A stretch of 64,000 nucleotides of DNA from an uncultured Methanoregulaceae archaeon (GCA_963841015.1 CAWJAX010000003.1:1-64000), one strand, 5' to 3'. Counted from the stretch's first letter, positions 39,910 through 50,505 are shown. Notes: generated by a model not told the origin, from the sequence alone. Program-made: numbers and translations.

Positions 39910-40137
39910 GTGTCAGGAATACCCCTCGTCTTACCCTGTCTGATGGTTTCTGGTGTGCCCTGATGAGGTCGATCGGCCGCCCTCTTTTGGACACCGCTTA
40001 TCAGGATTACACGATCCTTTTCCTGATCGCAGACATTTTTTAAGGATCTTACAACCAGGGTGGGAAAACTCTTATATCCTGACCGGACAATGGTCGGGTG
40101 ATCAAAGAGGAGATGAATCATGCCGGAATGTACCTGT

Positions 40138-40521
40138 ATGAGCATAACCCCGATACAGGAAGAAAAACTGAAAATTGCTGTCGAGAACACCTGCGAACTC
40201 TGCCATGATTATTTTTCTACACTGTTTCTTGAAATCCATAGCATCTCCCGGCACCCGACAAAGGAGATGAAACATGACCTGTCAACACGAATCCTGATAG
40301 TCTGCCAGATGTGTCACGCCCATATTCACCAGCTCCCGGTATCGATTGGAAAGCAGCGGGCATTGGTGAAACACCGTTCATTTTATATCCGAAGGGATAT
40401 TCGAAGAATCCTGGGATACGTACCAAAACCCTACCGGGCTCCGGATGACATTAATCTGTATGTGGTCTATGAAGAATACTTTGGCCGTGGTTCTCCGGGA
40501 TCGTATCGCCTGAGCGGGTAA
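40138..40521 (+). CDS. Degenerate HNH-like zinc-binding protein
   Basis: CELC...LEIHSI...VCQMCHAHIH. Confidence 0.7.
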   Translation: MSITPIQEEKLKIAVENTCELCHDYFSTLFLEIHSISRHPTKEMKHDLSTRILIVCQMCHAHIHQLPVSIGKQRALVKHRSFYIRRDIRRILGYVPKPYRAPDDINLYVVYEEYFGRGSPGSYRLSG

Positions 40522-40634
40522 ATCGGTTGGTGATATTGCCTCTTGCAGGACGGATGCCCCTGGATCTTACCCCCCTGTCGTACCCTCTCCCTCCATGCGA
40601 TGGTTAATAAGATCCGGGGCACAGTTATCCGGTA

Positions 40635-41330
40635 ATGAACTCAAAAAATCTTGCTATCCTCGTGATTGGGGTTATTATCCTCATTGTAGCTGTATTTTTC
40701 CTCATTGGCGGAACAGGAAGCCGATCCATCCCACCCCCGGGGGGTCCTAATGCACTCCCTGCTGTTGAAGTGAGGGCGTACCAGGGCAGCGATCTCTCTT
40801 CAATGAATGATTTCCGTGAAAATTCTATCCGGGGTCCCCAGTATGTCAACACATCCGAGTACCGGCTCACGGTGACCGGTCTGACGAACAAAACCGATGT
40901 ATACACCTATCAGGAAATTCTTTCCGGATACCCCCATTATACCAAGGCAGTCACACTCTTCTGCGTGGAAGGCTGGGATGCAACGATCCTCTGGGAGGGT
41001 GTGCTGGTCCGCGACCTGATCCAGGAAGCGGGCATCGATCCCCGTGCAAATACCGTGATATTCACGGCACATGATGGTTATACAACATCCTTCCCGCTGG
41101 ATTACCTGATGAACCATGATATTATCATGGCCTATAAAATGAACAATGTCACACTCCCTGCCGAACGAGGCTATCCTTTCCAGCTGGTAGCACAAGACAA
41201 ATGGGGATACAAATGGATCAAGTGGATCGAAAAGATTCAGTTAACTGATGACCCGGGTTACCGGGGCTACTGGGAGCAGCGGGGATATTCCAATATTGGG
41301 GACCTGGACAAGAATTTTTTCTCGAATTAA
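40635..41330 (+). CDS. Membrane-anchored molybdopterin oxidoreductase (sulfite oxidase family)
   Basis: CVEGW...WEGV, GYPFQLV..WGYKWIKW, GYWEQRGY; N-terminal TM helix. Confidence 0.9.
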   Translation: MNSKNLAILVIGVIILIVAVFFLIGGTGSRSIPPPGGPNALPAVEVRAYQGSDLSSMNDFRENSIRGPQYVNTSEYRLTVTGLTNKTDVYTYQEILSGYPHYTKAVTLFCVEGWDATILWEGVLVRDLIQEAGIDPRANTVIFTAHDGYTTSFPLDYLMNHDIIMAYKMNNVTLPAERGYPFQLVAQDKWGYKWIKWIEKIQLTDDPGYRGYWEQRGYSNIGDLDKNFFSN

Positions 41331-41376
41331 AAAAATTCTTTTTAGAAGGAGTGAGCATCTTTTTTTTGATTGAGCA

Positions 41377-41646
41377 TCAGTTCGTCTCTGGTGCCCTGGA
41401 AATGATTTTTCTTGTCATTGTTATGATCCATGCACGGTTTAAAAACAGGTGCGCAGCAACAAAAAAACCCAGTGCGAGACCGGCCCAGTCGTGGATATCA
41501 CTCATCAATGCGATTGGAAGTACGAGATCGACGAGACCGAACATTCGCATGAGGTGGGTGAACTTGAAGAACCCGGTGATAAAACTAACCAGAAAAGCAA
41601 TTCCCATCCCGAGATCTAAGCACCATTTGACAACTTGTCCGTTCAT
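41377..41646 (-). CDS. DUF4405-like small membrane protein
   Basis: ITG...IHDWAG...HLFLN.W (two His, cytochrome-b-like). Confidence 0.75.
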   Translation of the reverse strand: MNGQVVKWCLDLGMGIAFLVSFITGFFKFTHLMRMFGLVDLVLPIALMSDIHDWAGLALGFFVAAHLFLNRAWIITMTRKIISRAPETN

Positions 41647-41732
41647 GACTACCTCATCCCTTTGTGATGTCCCTGCCTGTATTTAAGATGATGGAACACA
41701 GGTAACCTGAGCCGGAGTCAGTAATTACCTCC

Positions 41733-42590
41733 TCACTTGTCTTTTTCTGACTTTTGTTGCATCGCTTTTTCAAGAAGCGCCTTCACCTTCTCTGGATCGC
41801 GTATTCCATACAAACTGACAAGTGGATTGTGTAATCCTTGTTCCCAACGCACGGTAGATGACGAATCGGTATCGGGATAGACTTTGTCACCGGTTACATG
41901 TCGACCTCTCATATCTATCTGAGAAATCCCGAATACTAATCCCGCAGGGACGATGGTCCCGAAATGGAAAAAGTGTCCCAGACGACCCTGTACAAGAACT
42001 AATCGTTCGATCTGGTGGAGGGGGATTAAATTCTCTACCAGGTTCCAGAGACCTCCAGTAATTATCACGACGTCCCGGGTGATTGTGTAGGTTACGGACC
42101 GCCGGAATAATTCGATTCCTGTAATTACAATCAGCGAAGCAATAACACTAAAAGGCTGGATCAGGTATGCTATCCAACGGAAAAGGTCAAACAGGTAACT
42201 GGTTGAAAGTGTCGGAATTCCCATGTATACCAGTCCGCTGATTACACTCATTATTAATGCAAGGCCTGCGCCTATCCATATTTCCGGACGGTTCAATATA
42301 TCGCCAAGAAAGATAAAAAAAAGGAAGATACAGATGGGCGCTATCAGATACGCGAAGAGCTGGACAAATATATCCAGATCAGGAACAATCGTCCCCAGGG
42401 GACCTACAAGCGAATGAGGAAATGACTTACCTGCACCGAGCATAATATTCAGGATAATCCCCGAGAGGGCTGCCAGAAAGATGGGTGTGAAGCCCAGGAT
42501 ATATTTGTGTATGAATCCTCGTGGAGCCGGATGGGTAATGAAAAGGACCGGTCCATATACTCCAACCATCTCCTTTGCTGGTCTTACCAT
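41733..42590 (-). CDS. Membrane protein with bacterial PH (bPH_2) domain
   Basis: TM helices, then YTIT..VIITGG, VQG.LG..FHFGTI, LYGIRDP. Confidence 0.75.
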   Translation of the reverse strand: MVRPAKEMVGVYGPVLFITHPAPRGFIHKYILGFTPIFLAALSGIILNIMLGAGKSFPHSLVGPLGTIVPDLDIFVQLFAYLIAPICIFLFFIFLGDILNRPEIWIGAGLALIMSVISGLVYMGIPTLSTSYLFDLFRWIAYLIQPFSVIASLIVITGIELFRRSVTYTITRDVVIITGGLWNLVENLIPLHQIERLVLVQGRLGHFFHFGTIVPAGLVFGISQIDMRGRHVTGDKVYPDTDSSSTVRWEQGLHNPLVSLYGIRDPEKVKALLEKAMQQKSEKDK

Positions 42591-42867
42591 ATACCGGCTC
42601 TTTATTTTATTATATATTTAAATATATCTATTTACGGATACGCTCATTTAAACATTAAATTGAGAAAAAATTATCATTATTGTTACATTTTCAGGAAATA
42701 TTTCATAAACCATCCAGATGCACAGATCTGAGAATATTTATGCATTGCCTCCATATTGTCCACGGTCAGTGAGAGGAATCGTTCCGTGGAGTTTTTTTGT
42801 TTTTTAAAAATCCTGAAGAGTGTACTTGGCAAATTTTTTTATCCGAAAACACTATTCAATTCTCTTC

Positions 42868-43044
42868 ATGGGAACAGACATTGATTGTTACGAGTGTCTT
42901 GTTTGCGGCTATATCTATGACCCTGAAGCCGGAGATCCGACAGGAAGTATCCCGTCAGGTGTGAATTTTTTAAGCCTGCCCGACGACTGGCTCTGCCCGG
43001 AGTGCAGCGCCGGGAAAGATGAGTTTGCACTTGTGGAACTCTAA
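42868..43044 (+). CDS. Rubredoxin
   Basis: CLVCGYIYDP..GD...F..LPDDWLCPEC. Confidence 0.93.
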   Translation: MGTDIDCYECLVCGYIYDPEAGDPTGSIPSGVNFLSLPDDWLCPECSAGKDEFALVEL

Positions 43045-43275
43045 TCCAGTTTACCCGCGATACAAAATTACCCCTATGCGATGGTAAACGTGTCCTGAGT
43101 TCATTTCCGGGATAGGCAAAATGTCGTGAGGCAGCGATCGAACAGCCACGGTAAAGGTACTCTTTTTCTCAAACTCGGTATCCGCTTGCATAAATACCTC
43201 CGACATACCAGATACCGATCGGTGGGCTGATTGTGGAGAACAAAGAAACAATGCAAGGAAAATACCTGTCCCTTG

Positions 43276-44682
43276 TTACCCCTTTTTATTTGGACAGGTT
43301 CCTTCACAGTTTTCCCGGACCGATCCCCGTACCAGGGAGAAAAAGATACCACAGCAGCACAGCAGGGCAAAGAAGGTGAAACCTGTCTGTATACTCATGA
43401 GAATCTGGGTACCAACTTCCGGTGTAATCATGACACGGCCGACGAAAACAGAGATGATCACCATTGCAATACCCATGGACAACATCTGGCCAACAAGACG
43501 CATCGTGCCCAGGGTGCCGGACGCCACACCGTAATACGGTTTTGTCACCGAACTCATGATCGCATTGGTGTTGGGTGATGAAAAGAAAGCAAAACCCAGC
43601 CCGAGCAGGATGAGCGTGCCGATCAGGTACGTAAGGGATGTGTCAGCTGAAAGGAACGAGAGAAGAAACAACCCGCCGGCAGTTATTGCCATCCCCACTG
43701 ATGCAATCCAGCCCGGCTCAATGCGGTCCGAGAGCCTGCCGGCAAAGGATGAGAACAGAGCCTGCACAACCGGCTGGGTAACAAGGATGGTCCCGGCAAC
43801 CGCAGGTGAAAATAATCTGATATACTGCAGGTAAAAGGAGAGGAAAAACGTAACGGAAAAAGTGGCACTGTAATTGATAAGGGCTGCAAGATTGGAAAAC
43901 GCAAATACCCGGTTTTTCAAAAACAGTGACAGGTTAATAAGCGGGCTTGGGATATGGTGCTCCCACCAGATAAACGCGGCGAGGACCAGTGTGCCCGCAA
44001 CGACAAGGACGACACCGGAAACATTTGGCAGGTGAGAGAACCCGTACATTACGCAGACCAGTGCAAATCCATATAACAGTGCCCCAGGAATGTCAAATGA
44101 TTCTCCGCGAGCATCAGCCCATTCACCCTCAAGTTTTGTGCGGATGATGGCAAGTATCAGGATACCCAGCGGAACGTTCACCAAAAAAATACTGCGCCAG
44201 CCGAAACTGGTGACAAGAAAACCGCCAAGGAACGGTCCCATTGAAAGGCCGAGATAGACCGCTGTTGTGTAGATCCCGAGCGCTTTTCCCCGTTCCTGGG
44301 GTGGTGTCACTGATGTCAGGATAGCAACAGCAGTGCCAAAGATGAGTGCCGCTCCCATTCCCTGCACGATGCGGAGGAAGATGATCATGGCAGGTGACAC
44401 AGAAAATACGATGGCGAATGAGGCCAGGGTAAAAATCATAAGCCCGGCAGAAAAGATTTTTTTCCTCCCGTGAATATCTGCGATTCTGCCGAACGGTACT
44501 AAAAAGACCGCGGATGCAAGCAGATAGGCGGATGCAACCCAACCGATCGTAACAGCGTCAATAGAAAATTCGCTGGCGATGGTTGGCAGGGCGATATTGA
44601 CCGCGGAAAGGTCAAAAGGGGTCAAAAAACCAGCAAGCACTGCGATTAAAAGGGCAATCTTTTTTGGTTCCAGTATTACCAT
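43276..44682 (-). CDS. MFS transporter (DHA2/EmrB-QacA type)
   Basis: VNIALPTI, GRIADIHGRK, GPFLGG..WRSIF; about 14 TM helices. Confidence 0.93.
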   Translation of the reverse strand: MVILEPKKIALLIAVLAGFLTPFDLSAVNIALPTIASEFSIDAVTIGWVASAYLLASAVFLVPFGRIADIHGRKKIFSAGLMIFTLASFAIVFSVSPAMIIFLRIVQGMGAALIFGTAVAILTSVTPPQERGKALGIYTTAVYLGLSMGPFLGGFLVTSFGWRSIFLVNVPLGILILAIIRTKLEGEWADARGESFDIPGALLYGFALVCVMYGFSHLPNVSGVVLVVAGTLVLAAFIWWEHHIPSPLINLSLFLKNRVFAFSNLAALINYSATFSVTFFLSFYLQYIRLFSPAVAGTILVTQPVVQALFSSFAGRLSDRIEPGWIASVGMAITAGGLFLLSFLSADTSLTYLIGTLILLGLGFAFFSSPNTNAIMSSVTKPYYGVASGTLGTMRLVGQMLSMGIAMVIISVFVGRVMITPEVGTQILMSIQTGFTFFALLCCCGIFFSLVRGSVRENCEGTCPNKKG

Positions 44683-44745
44683 AAAAAAATCCTTACGGGT
44701 AGGTGGGAGCTCTCAGCGCAATTAAGGTAACGAAGGGAAACGGAT

Positions 44746-45200
44746 TTATTCGCCCCGTTGTGCCTTCATGTCAGCTATGGTAAGCGACGGGTGGTGATAG
44801 CGCCCGCGTTTTTTGGTTTTCGGTCCGTACTGGATCGCTTCGACCGGGCAGATGTGGATACAGGCACAACAGAGTTCGCAGTGGTGTTTCCAGACCGGTT
44901 TTTCCGCTATCATTTCTATGTTCTTCACCGGGCAGACTGCGGCACAGGTTCCGCAGGAAGTGCATCTCCCGTCTGCAATAAAGTTCTTGTCGGCATCATG
45001 GATGCTTCTGATAAAACCCTCATACATAAACCGTTTCAGAAGCGCTGAAAGGAGGGGAATGTCTGGTCGCACAATAAGTCATTTGTAGATACTGGCTGCA
45101 ATCTCCCTGAAACGCTGATCTGCATCTTCAAGAAGTTTTTCCCTTTTTGCCCCTTTCACAGGATCATAGAGCGGAACAAAGTTTCCTATCATCCTGACAA
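44746..45200 (-). pseudogene. 5'-truncated EFR1-type flavodoxin-ferredoxin remnant with an in-frame TGA
   Basis: VRMIGNFVPLY...IYK*LIVRP...CTSCGTCAAVCP...CELCCACIHICP; TGA at 45079-45081. Confidence 0.75.
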
Positions 45201-45242
45201 CAATTTCTCCAGAGGTAAAAAATAATTGATTTTCCAGATTCC

Positions 45243-46124
45243 TCAGACGTTGATATTCAGCACCGTTCTTATGAGTACACCGATAATAAAGGATATCGCG
45301 GCAATCCCAAGACTGATGACGAGCATCTCAGCAAAGCGTCTCCAGAAAGGAAGATCCTTGGCCACGGATATGTAGAACGTAAACAGGAATATTACCATTA
45401 CAGCACCGAGCAGGGTAAGCATAAGAGCATAAAACGGGCTGGTAAAGATAAGAAATGGCAGGATAAGCAGGGCTACCGTTACAATATAAGCAACTCCGGT
45501 ATACACTGATGCCTTGACCGGGTCTGTTGGTCCCCCGTCCGATCTTTGCGAAAGGTACTCAGATGCCCCCATCGAAAGCGAGGCTGCAACTCCCATGATC
45601 AGGCCAACAACCGCAATGATCTGCGTGTTCTGGATGGCAAACGTGAGCCCGGCAAGCGTTCCGGTAAATTCAACAAGAGCATCATTGAGTCCGAGCACAA
45701 CCGAACCAACATATTTTAAACGCTCTTCATCGATGAGAGCAATGAGTTCGCGCTCGTGGGTTTCTTCATTTATAAGAATCGTCTGTATTTCGGGAATTGT
45801 TCCGACGAGGGCTTTGTCATACGACTGGGCACTCTTTTCCACCCCTTCCATGAGTTTAATTGCAAAGGTGATGCCCAAAATACGGGCGATCAGGTAATAG
45901 AACCAGATGCGGCTGGTACTGGGTGCCACATCCTGGTGAGTATACTGTTTCCATATCCCGTAATGCCCAAGTTCATCCTGAGCAATTCGGTTCAAAACTT
46001 CACGGTTGTGGGGATCTTTTTGCGCCGCAGCGATTTTTGAATAAATATGGTATTCACTGATCTCACCCTGTTGCATGATGAGGAGGTTTTGTAAAAGGGC
46101 CGGTTCCATGGGGGATTCAGTCAT
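45243..46124 (-). CDS. Ferritin-like + VIT1/CCC1 iron exporter-type protein
   Basis: E..E..IY, DELGH, EETHE; VLGLNDALVE, SLSMGASEYLS; start uncertain. Confidence 0.9.
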   Translation of the reverse strand: MTESPMEPALLQNLLIMQQGEISEYHIYSKIAAAQKDPHNREVLNRIAQDELGHYGIWKQYTHQDVAPSTSRIWFYYLIARILGITFAIKLMEGVEKSAQSYDKALVGTIPEIQTILINEETHERELIALIDEERLKYVGSVVLGLNDALVEFTGTLAGLTFAIQNTQIIAVVGLIMGVAASLSMGASEYLSQRSDGGPTDPVKASVYTGVAYIVTVALLILPFLIFTSPFYALMLTLLGAVMVIFLFTFYISVAKDLPFWRRFAEMLVISLGIAAISFIIGVLIRTVLNINV

Positions 46125-46289
46125 GAACACTATCCGATATGCAGGACAGGTCTTTAAACTCTGCGACATTATGTGCCGGATGGTTTAAAAGACCAGCATG
46201 ACAGAAGCGGATATTGCTACATTGGATGCAATAAATGAAATACCGGAAACGAACTAATACACCCTTATTACCAAAGGAGGTTAGAAAGC

Positions 46290-46910
46290 ATGGAAGCAGG
46301 CAAGGGATATTCTCTACCAAAACTTCCCTATGGGTATAAGGCTCTGGCTCCTTATATCTCGGAAGAACAACTTACATTGCACCACCAGAAACATCACCAG
46401 GCATATGTAACGGGTGCAAATGCTCTCCTGGAAAAACTCGACAAGGCGCGAAAGGACAATACCGATCTGGACATGAAAGCAACTTTGAAAGAACTTTCCT
46501 TTCATATCGGGGGTTACCGGCTGCATACACTGTTCTGGGAAAATCTCGCACCGGCCGGTGTTGGTGGCGGAGGAGTACCCAAGGACGAACTTGCACAAGC
46601 CATAGATGCAGAGTTCGGGAAATTTGACCGGTTCAAAAAGGAGTTTTCCCAGGCTGCGTCAAGTGCCGAAGGATCGGGTTGGGCAGTATTAACCTATTGC
46701 ATGAATACCGGGCGGCTCTTCATCATGCAGCTTGAGAAGCACAATGTCAACGTGATACCTGGATACCGGATCCTTATGGCACTCGATGTCTGGGAGCACG
46801 CTTACTATCTTGATTACAAGAATGACCGGGCGAAGTTTATCGATGCATTCTGGAGTCTTGTGAACTGGGAAGAAGTGAATGCCCGGTTTGTGACGCATTT
46901 GAAAAAGTAA
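46290..46910 (+). CDS. sod: Fe/Mn superoxide dismutase
   Basis: [27 protein letters not shown]. Confidence 0.97.
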   Translation: MEAGKGYSLPKLPYGYKALAPYISEEQLTLHHQKHHQAYVTGANALLEKLDKARKDNTDLDMKATLKELSFHIGGYRLHTLFWENLAPAGVGGGGVPKDELAQAIDAEFGKFDRFKKEFSQAASSAEGSGWAVLTYCMNTGRLFIMQLEKHNVNVIPGYRILMALDVWEHAYYLDYKNDRAKFIDAFWSLVNWEEVNARFVTHLKK

Positions 46911-46944
46911 TTTTTTTTTAGTTTGTGGTATCTCTTTTTCAAAC

Positions 46945-47345
46945 GATATATGAAGGAGGGCGCAGTGCCTGTCCACTTTTACTGCCCCAGCGCTCAAGAA
47001 GCGATGATGACGAATTATCTGTTCAGGAGTCAGAGCATTCGGGGAAGCCAAAGCGGCGGGCATGAAACCTCTGTTAAGCGTTTTGCTTTTTCATTGAGCA
47101 TTTCCCTATGAAAATCGTAGTATTCGGATATGATGCGGGGATTGTTACCCCTCTGTCCATTAGTTACGATGTATGCCGCCGCCCTTGACCGGGCGCCCCC
47201 GGGGCGGATCGTTGACTGAAATGGAAAAAAACACTTCATGCCCGCCGTGCCTTAGAGAGGTCATAAGTCAGGTGTCCTTTGTATTGGGAATGATTTTCAT
47301 GGATCGGTGTGACCCAACTCGATTCATATCAGTTACTGCAGAGCC
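46945..47345 (-). mobile_element. Composite element (module A + module B), inverted relative to 13199-13634
   Basis: Same A/B junction (agcgttt..ttgagcatttccc.atgaaaat..tattc.g.tatgat); right end CTGCAGAGCC; left end eroded. Confidence 0.78.
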
Positions 47346-47444
47346 GACATATGTGCCAAAGGCAAGTGTACTGGACCCTACCATGGCGTAACTGGATACT
47401 ACTCTCAGAGAATGGATTTAAAAAGGAAGGAGAGATCCGGCATT

Positions 47445-49433
47445 TTACCGGATTTTCGATCCGGGTTCTACAGGTTTTAAGGGTGTGAGCAGTGATGCCG
47501 AATCCCCGGCGGCAAGGATCATGCCATTGCTCTCTACACCGAATATTTTTACCGGTGCAAGGTTGGTGACAACAACCACATGCCTGCCTGTCAGTTCATC
47601 AGGTTTGTAGAACTGCTGCATACCTGCCACGATCTGGCGGGTTTCACCCCCGATATCGACCTGTAATTTCAGGAGCTTGTTCGATTTCGGAACAGGTTCT
47701 GCGGACAGCACTTTTCCCGTCCTGATATCAAGTTTCTGGAATTCCTCGATAGTAACCATGGGTGTCTTCTCCCTCTTTTTATTGGCTTCTGCCACACGCT
47801 TCTGGAGCAGTGCATCGAGTTCCTTTACCTGATCCTCTTCCATCTTTGCAAAGAGTGGTACTGGAACCCGGATGCCTGTTTCAGGAATCTGCCGGACTGC
47901 CTCGCTGATGGGGTGCTCTGAGATATTGTCGTTACACCCCAGCATTGACCAGCATTCCTGCGCTTTTGCCGGGATGACCGGTTCGATGAGAAGGGCGACG
48001 GCTTTCACTATCTGAATGCAGTTCTTGATCACCTGTGACGCTGCTTCACGGTCTGTCTTGATAAGCTTCCAGGGTGCGTTTGTCTGGATGTACGTATTGC
48101 CAAACGCAGCCAGCGCCATTATCGCATCCACCGCTCCCTTGAACTCATACTCCCGCATAAGCCGGTCAACGTTCACCAGGCTCTTTTCGATCTCTGCAAT
48201 AATGGCAGGATCGGCCGGGCAGGAAGGAACACCGTTGAACTCTTTGTGAGCGAAGAACAGCGTACGGTACACAAAGTTTCCAAAGATGTTGACAACTTCA
48301 TTATTGATCCTCTCTGAGAAGACCTTCCAGGAAAAATTCAGTTCTTTGGTGTGGCTTGTATACGCAAGCAGGTAGTAGCGGAGGTAGTCTGCAGGTAACC
48401 CCTTATCGAGGTAGTCATCATTCGTCCAGACAACATATCCCCGGGATTTTGAGAACTTGTGATCATCGACCTTGACCATCCCGCTGGCAACGATCGCATG
48501 CGGTACACCGTACCCTGCTGCTTTTAAGAGGGCCGGCCAGAAAATGCTGTGGTGATAGATAATATCACCACCAATGAAATGGGTGACCCTGTTTTCACCG
48601 CACCAGTACCGCTTCCAGTCTTTGCCCGCCTTCTTTGCCCACTCCTCGGTGAATGCAATATATCCAATCGGAGCGTCGACCCAGACATAGACCACGAGAT
48701 CGTCGCGGCCAGGGAACTTCACTCCCCATTCAAGCGTGCGGGTGATGCACCAGTCGTGGAGTTCATCTTTTATCCAGCCGATCGCATAGTTCTTCGCGTT
48801 GCTTGTTCCCCGCAGCGTGTCAAGATAGGGAAGAAGGAACTCCTTGAACTCCGAGAGTTTAAAAAAATAATGTTCCTGGTCCCGGAACTCCGCTTTCGTC
48901 CCGCAAACCTTGCAGATCGGATCTTTGATTTCTCCGGGCTCAAGGTGCTTACCGCATCCCTGATCACATTCGTCGCCCCGTGCCTGCGTCCCGCAGTGTG
49001 GACAGATGCCTTCCACGTACCTGTCGGGGAGAAATCTCCTGCATTTCGTGCAATATGCCTGGTGAACAACCTGTTTATAGATATAGCCTTTTTTGATGAG
49101 TTCGGATACAATTGATGTTGTCCGGTAGTGGGTCGCAGGGTCATCGGTCATTCCAAACCTGTCGAATAATACCTCCATCCGTTTGAAAGTCTCATCGAAA
49201 TGCTGGTGATACCGTTCAGAAAGTGCTCGCGGGGAGACCCCTGCTTCCTCAGCCGAGACGACAATAGGGGTCCCATGATTGTCCGAACCGCAGACAAAGA
49301 CAACCTCCTCGCCTGCCCGCCGCATGTAGCGGACGTAAGCGTCAGCAGGCACGTACGTTCGCAGATGTCCGAGATGGCAGGGGCCGTTGGTGTAAGGCAA
49401 CCCGCAGGTGACCAGCAGCGGTGGTGGATTCAT
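47445..49433 (-). CDS. metG: Methionine--tRNA ligase
   Basis: LPYTNGPCHLGH, zinc knuckles, YVWVDA, KFSKS, C-terminal Trbp111-like domain. Confidence 0.97.
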   Translation of the reverse strand: MNPPPLLVTCGLPYTNGPCHLGHLRTYVPADAYVRYMRRAGEEVVFVCGSDNHGTPIVVSAEEAGVSPRALSERYHQHFDETFKRMEVLFDRFGMTDDPATHYRTTSIVSELIKKGYIYKQVVHQAYCTKCRRFLPDRYVEGICPHCGTQARGDECDQGCGKHLEPGEIKDPICKVCGTKAEFRDQEHYFFKLSEFKEFLLPYLDTLRGTSNAKNYAIGWIKDELHDWCITRTLEWGVKFPGRDDLVVYVWVDAPIGYIAFTEEWAKKAGKDWKRYWCGENRVTHFIGGDIIYHHSIFWPALLKAAGYGVPHAIVASGMVKVDDHKFSKSRGYVVWTNDDYLDKGLPADYLRYYLLAYTSHTKELNFSWKVFSERINNEVVNIFGNFVYRTLFFAHKEFNGVPSCPADPAIIAEIEKSLVNVDRLMREYEFKGAVDAIMALAAFGNTYIQTNAPWKLIKTDREAASQVIKNCIQIVKAVALLIEPVIPAKAQECWSMLGCNDNISEHPISEAVRQIPETGIRVPVPLFAKMEEDQVKELDALLQKRVAEANKKREKTPMVTIEEFQKLDIRTGKVLSAEPVPKSNKLLKLQVDIGGETRQIVAGMQQFYKPDELTGRHVVVVTNLAPVKIFGVESNGMILAAGDSASLLTPLKPVEPGSKIR

Positions 49434-49472
49434 CAGTACTTTTTAGATGCTTATGAGTAATAATATCTGTAT

Positions 49473-50264
49473 ATGGTAAAGCGGCTGAAACTGGCAACCC
49501 GGGCTTTTGGGGCAGAGCCAGGTTTGCCGGAGGTTATCGCACTCGCAGCATGGATTGCAGCGAATCGAGGAACCGCCGCAGATATCATTACCTACCTTCT
49601 TGACCAGTCGCTTGAACCGCAGGTATCTGCAGGAATTATGGCACCCTGCGCAGGGGGCCGGTTCTATAAAAACCGGATTCTGCACTGCCTGCTCGGCGTA
49701 AAAGGTGGGAAGGCAACCGGTGAAATTGGCCTGGATTCTCACACAATCAGTGAGGATGCTGCGGGTATTCTTGTACAGAAAAAAGGTGTCTGGTGCGCCC
49801 TGCCTGCCCCTCATGTCCTTGGGATCACTGATGCGTACTATGATGATGAATATGAGTGGAATGATGCAATCACCAGCACGTACCGGACTCTGATGCGCTC
49901 GATGAGGGATGTGGGTATCAGTGGGCATGTGCTTATCTGTGATTGTATATCCGAACCTGAGATCACCTCACTCGTCCGGCAGAATGTCTTCTTTTTCCAG
50001 CCAAAGCCAGACAGAGAAAGTCTTGTATGCCTGCTGGAACACCAGCGGCAGATCGCAGTTCGCAGGGATCAGCTCGACACCCTGATCGATCTTTCCAGCG
50101 AGTACGATCTCCGGAAGATTATTCTCATCGATCCTGACCAGGAATCCATAACGGATGCACTTGCGAGTCTTGATCCGGATCAGGTCAGTGTTGGCGGATA
50201 CTGTACGGACCTGTGCGAAAATTACTGGAAAAATCTGGTGGATGTGGCAGTCTACTCTAAGTGA
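49473..50264 (+). CDS. Hypothetical protein, possibly MetE/UROD-like barrel
   Basis: LPAPHVL..DAYY, Y..LMRSMRDVG...LICD resemble the MetE core; inferred by eye only. Confidence 0.65.
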   Translation: MVKRLKLATRAFGAEPGLPEVIALAAWIAANRGTAADIITYLLDQSLEPQVSAGIMAPCAGGRFYKNRILHCLLGVKGGKATGEIGLDSHTISEDAAGILVQKKGVWCALPAPHVLGITDAYYDDEYEWNDAITSTYRTLMRSMRDVGISGHVLICDCISEPEITSLVRQNVFFFQPKPDRESLVCLLEHQRQIAVRRDQLDTLIDLSSEYDLRKIILIDPDQESITDALASLDPDQVSVGGYCTDLCENYWKNLVDVAVYSK

Positions 50265-50287
50265 CACAGCTTCCTGATGATTTTTTA

Positions 50288-50505
50288 GGGAAATAGTAGT
50301 TTTCAGATTTTATGTGGGGATTGTTACCCGTCTAATCATTCATCATGATTATTGCCACAGCCCCCGAAAGGGCGCACCCGCTGCGGTTCGGCGAGTGAAA
50401 ATTTGAAAATCCCTGCCCGCCATGCCCGGGAGAGGCCAGGAACCCGTAGTCATTCGTTTAATGACGATTTTCATGGTTCAGGGTGTGAATCAATTCGGTT
50501 TGGGT
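50288..50505 (+). repeat. Module B repeat
   Basis: gaaatagtagttttcaga...ggggattgttaccc...cccccgaaagggcg...gagaggcc...gacgattttcatggtt. Confidence 0.78.

Noticed and set aside
45079-45081. In-frame TGA as selenocysteine
   Set aside because: It is not at a Cys-motif position, the gene is already 5'-truncated, and no SECIS-like element was recognised.
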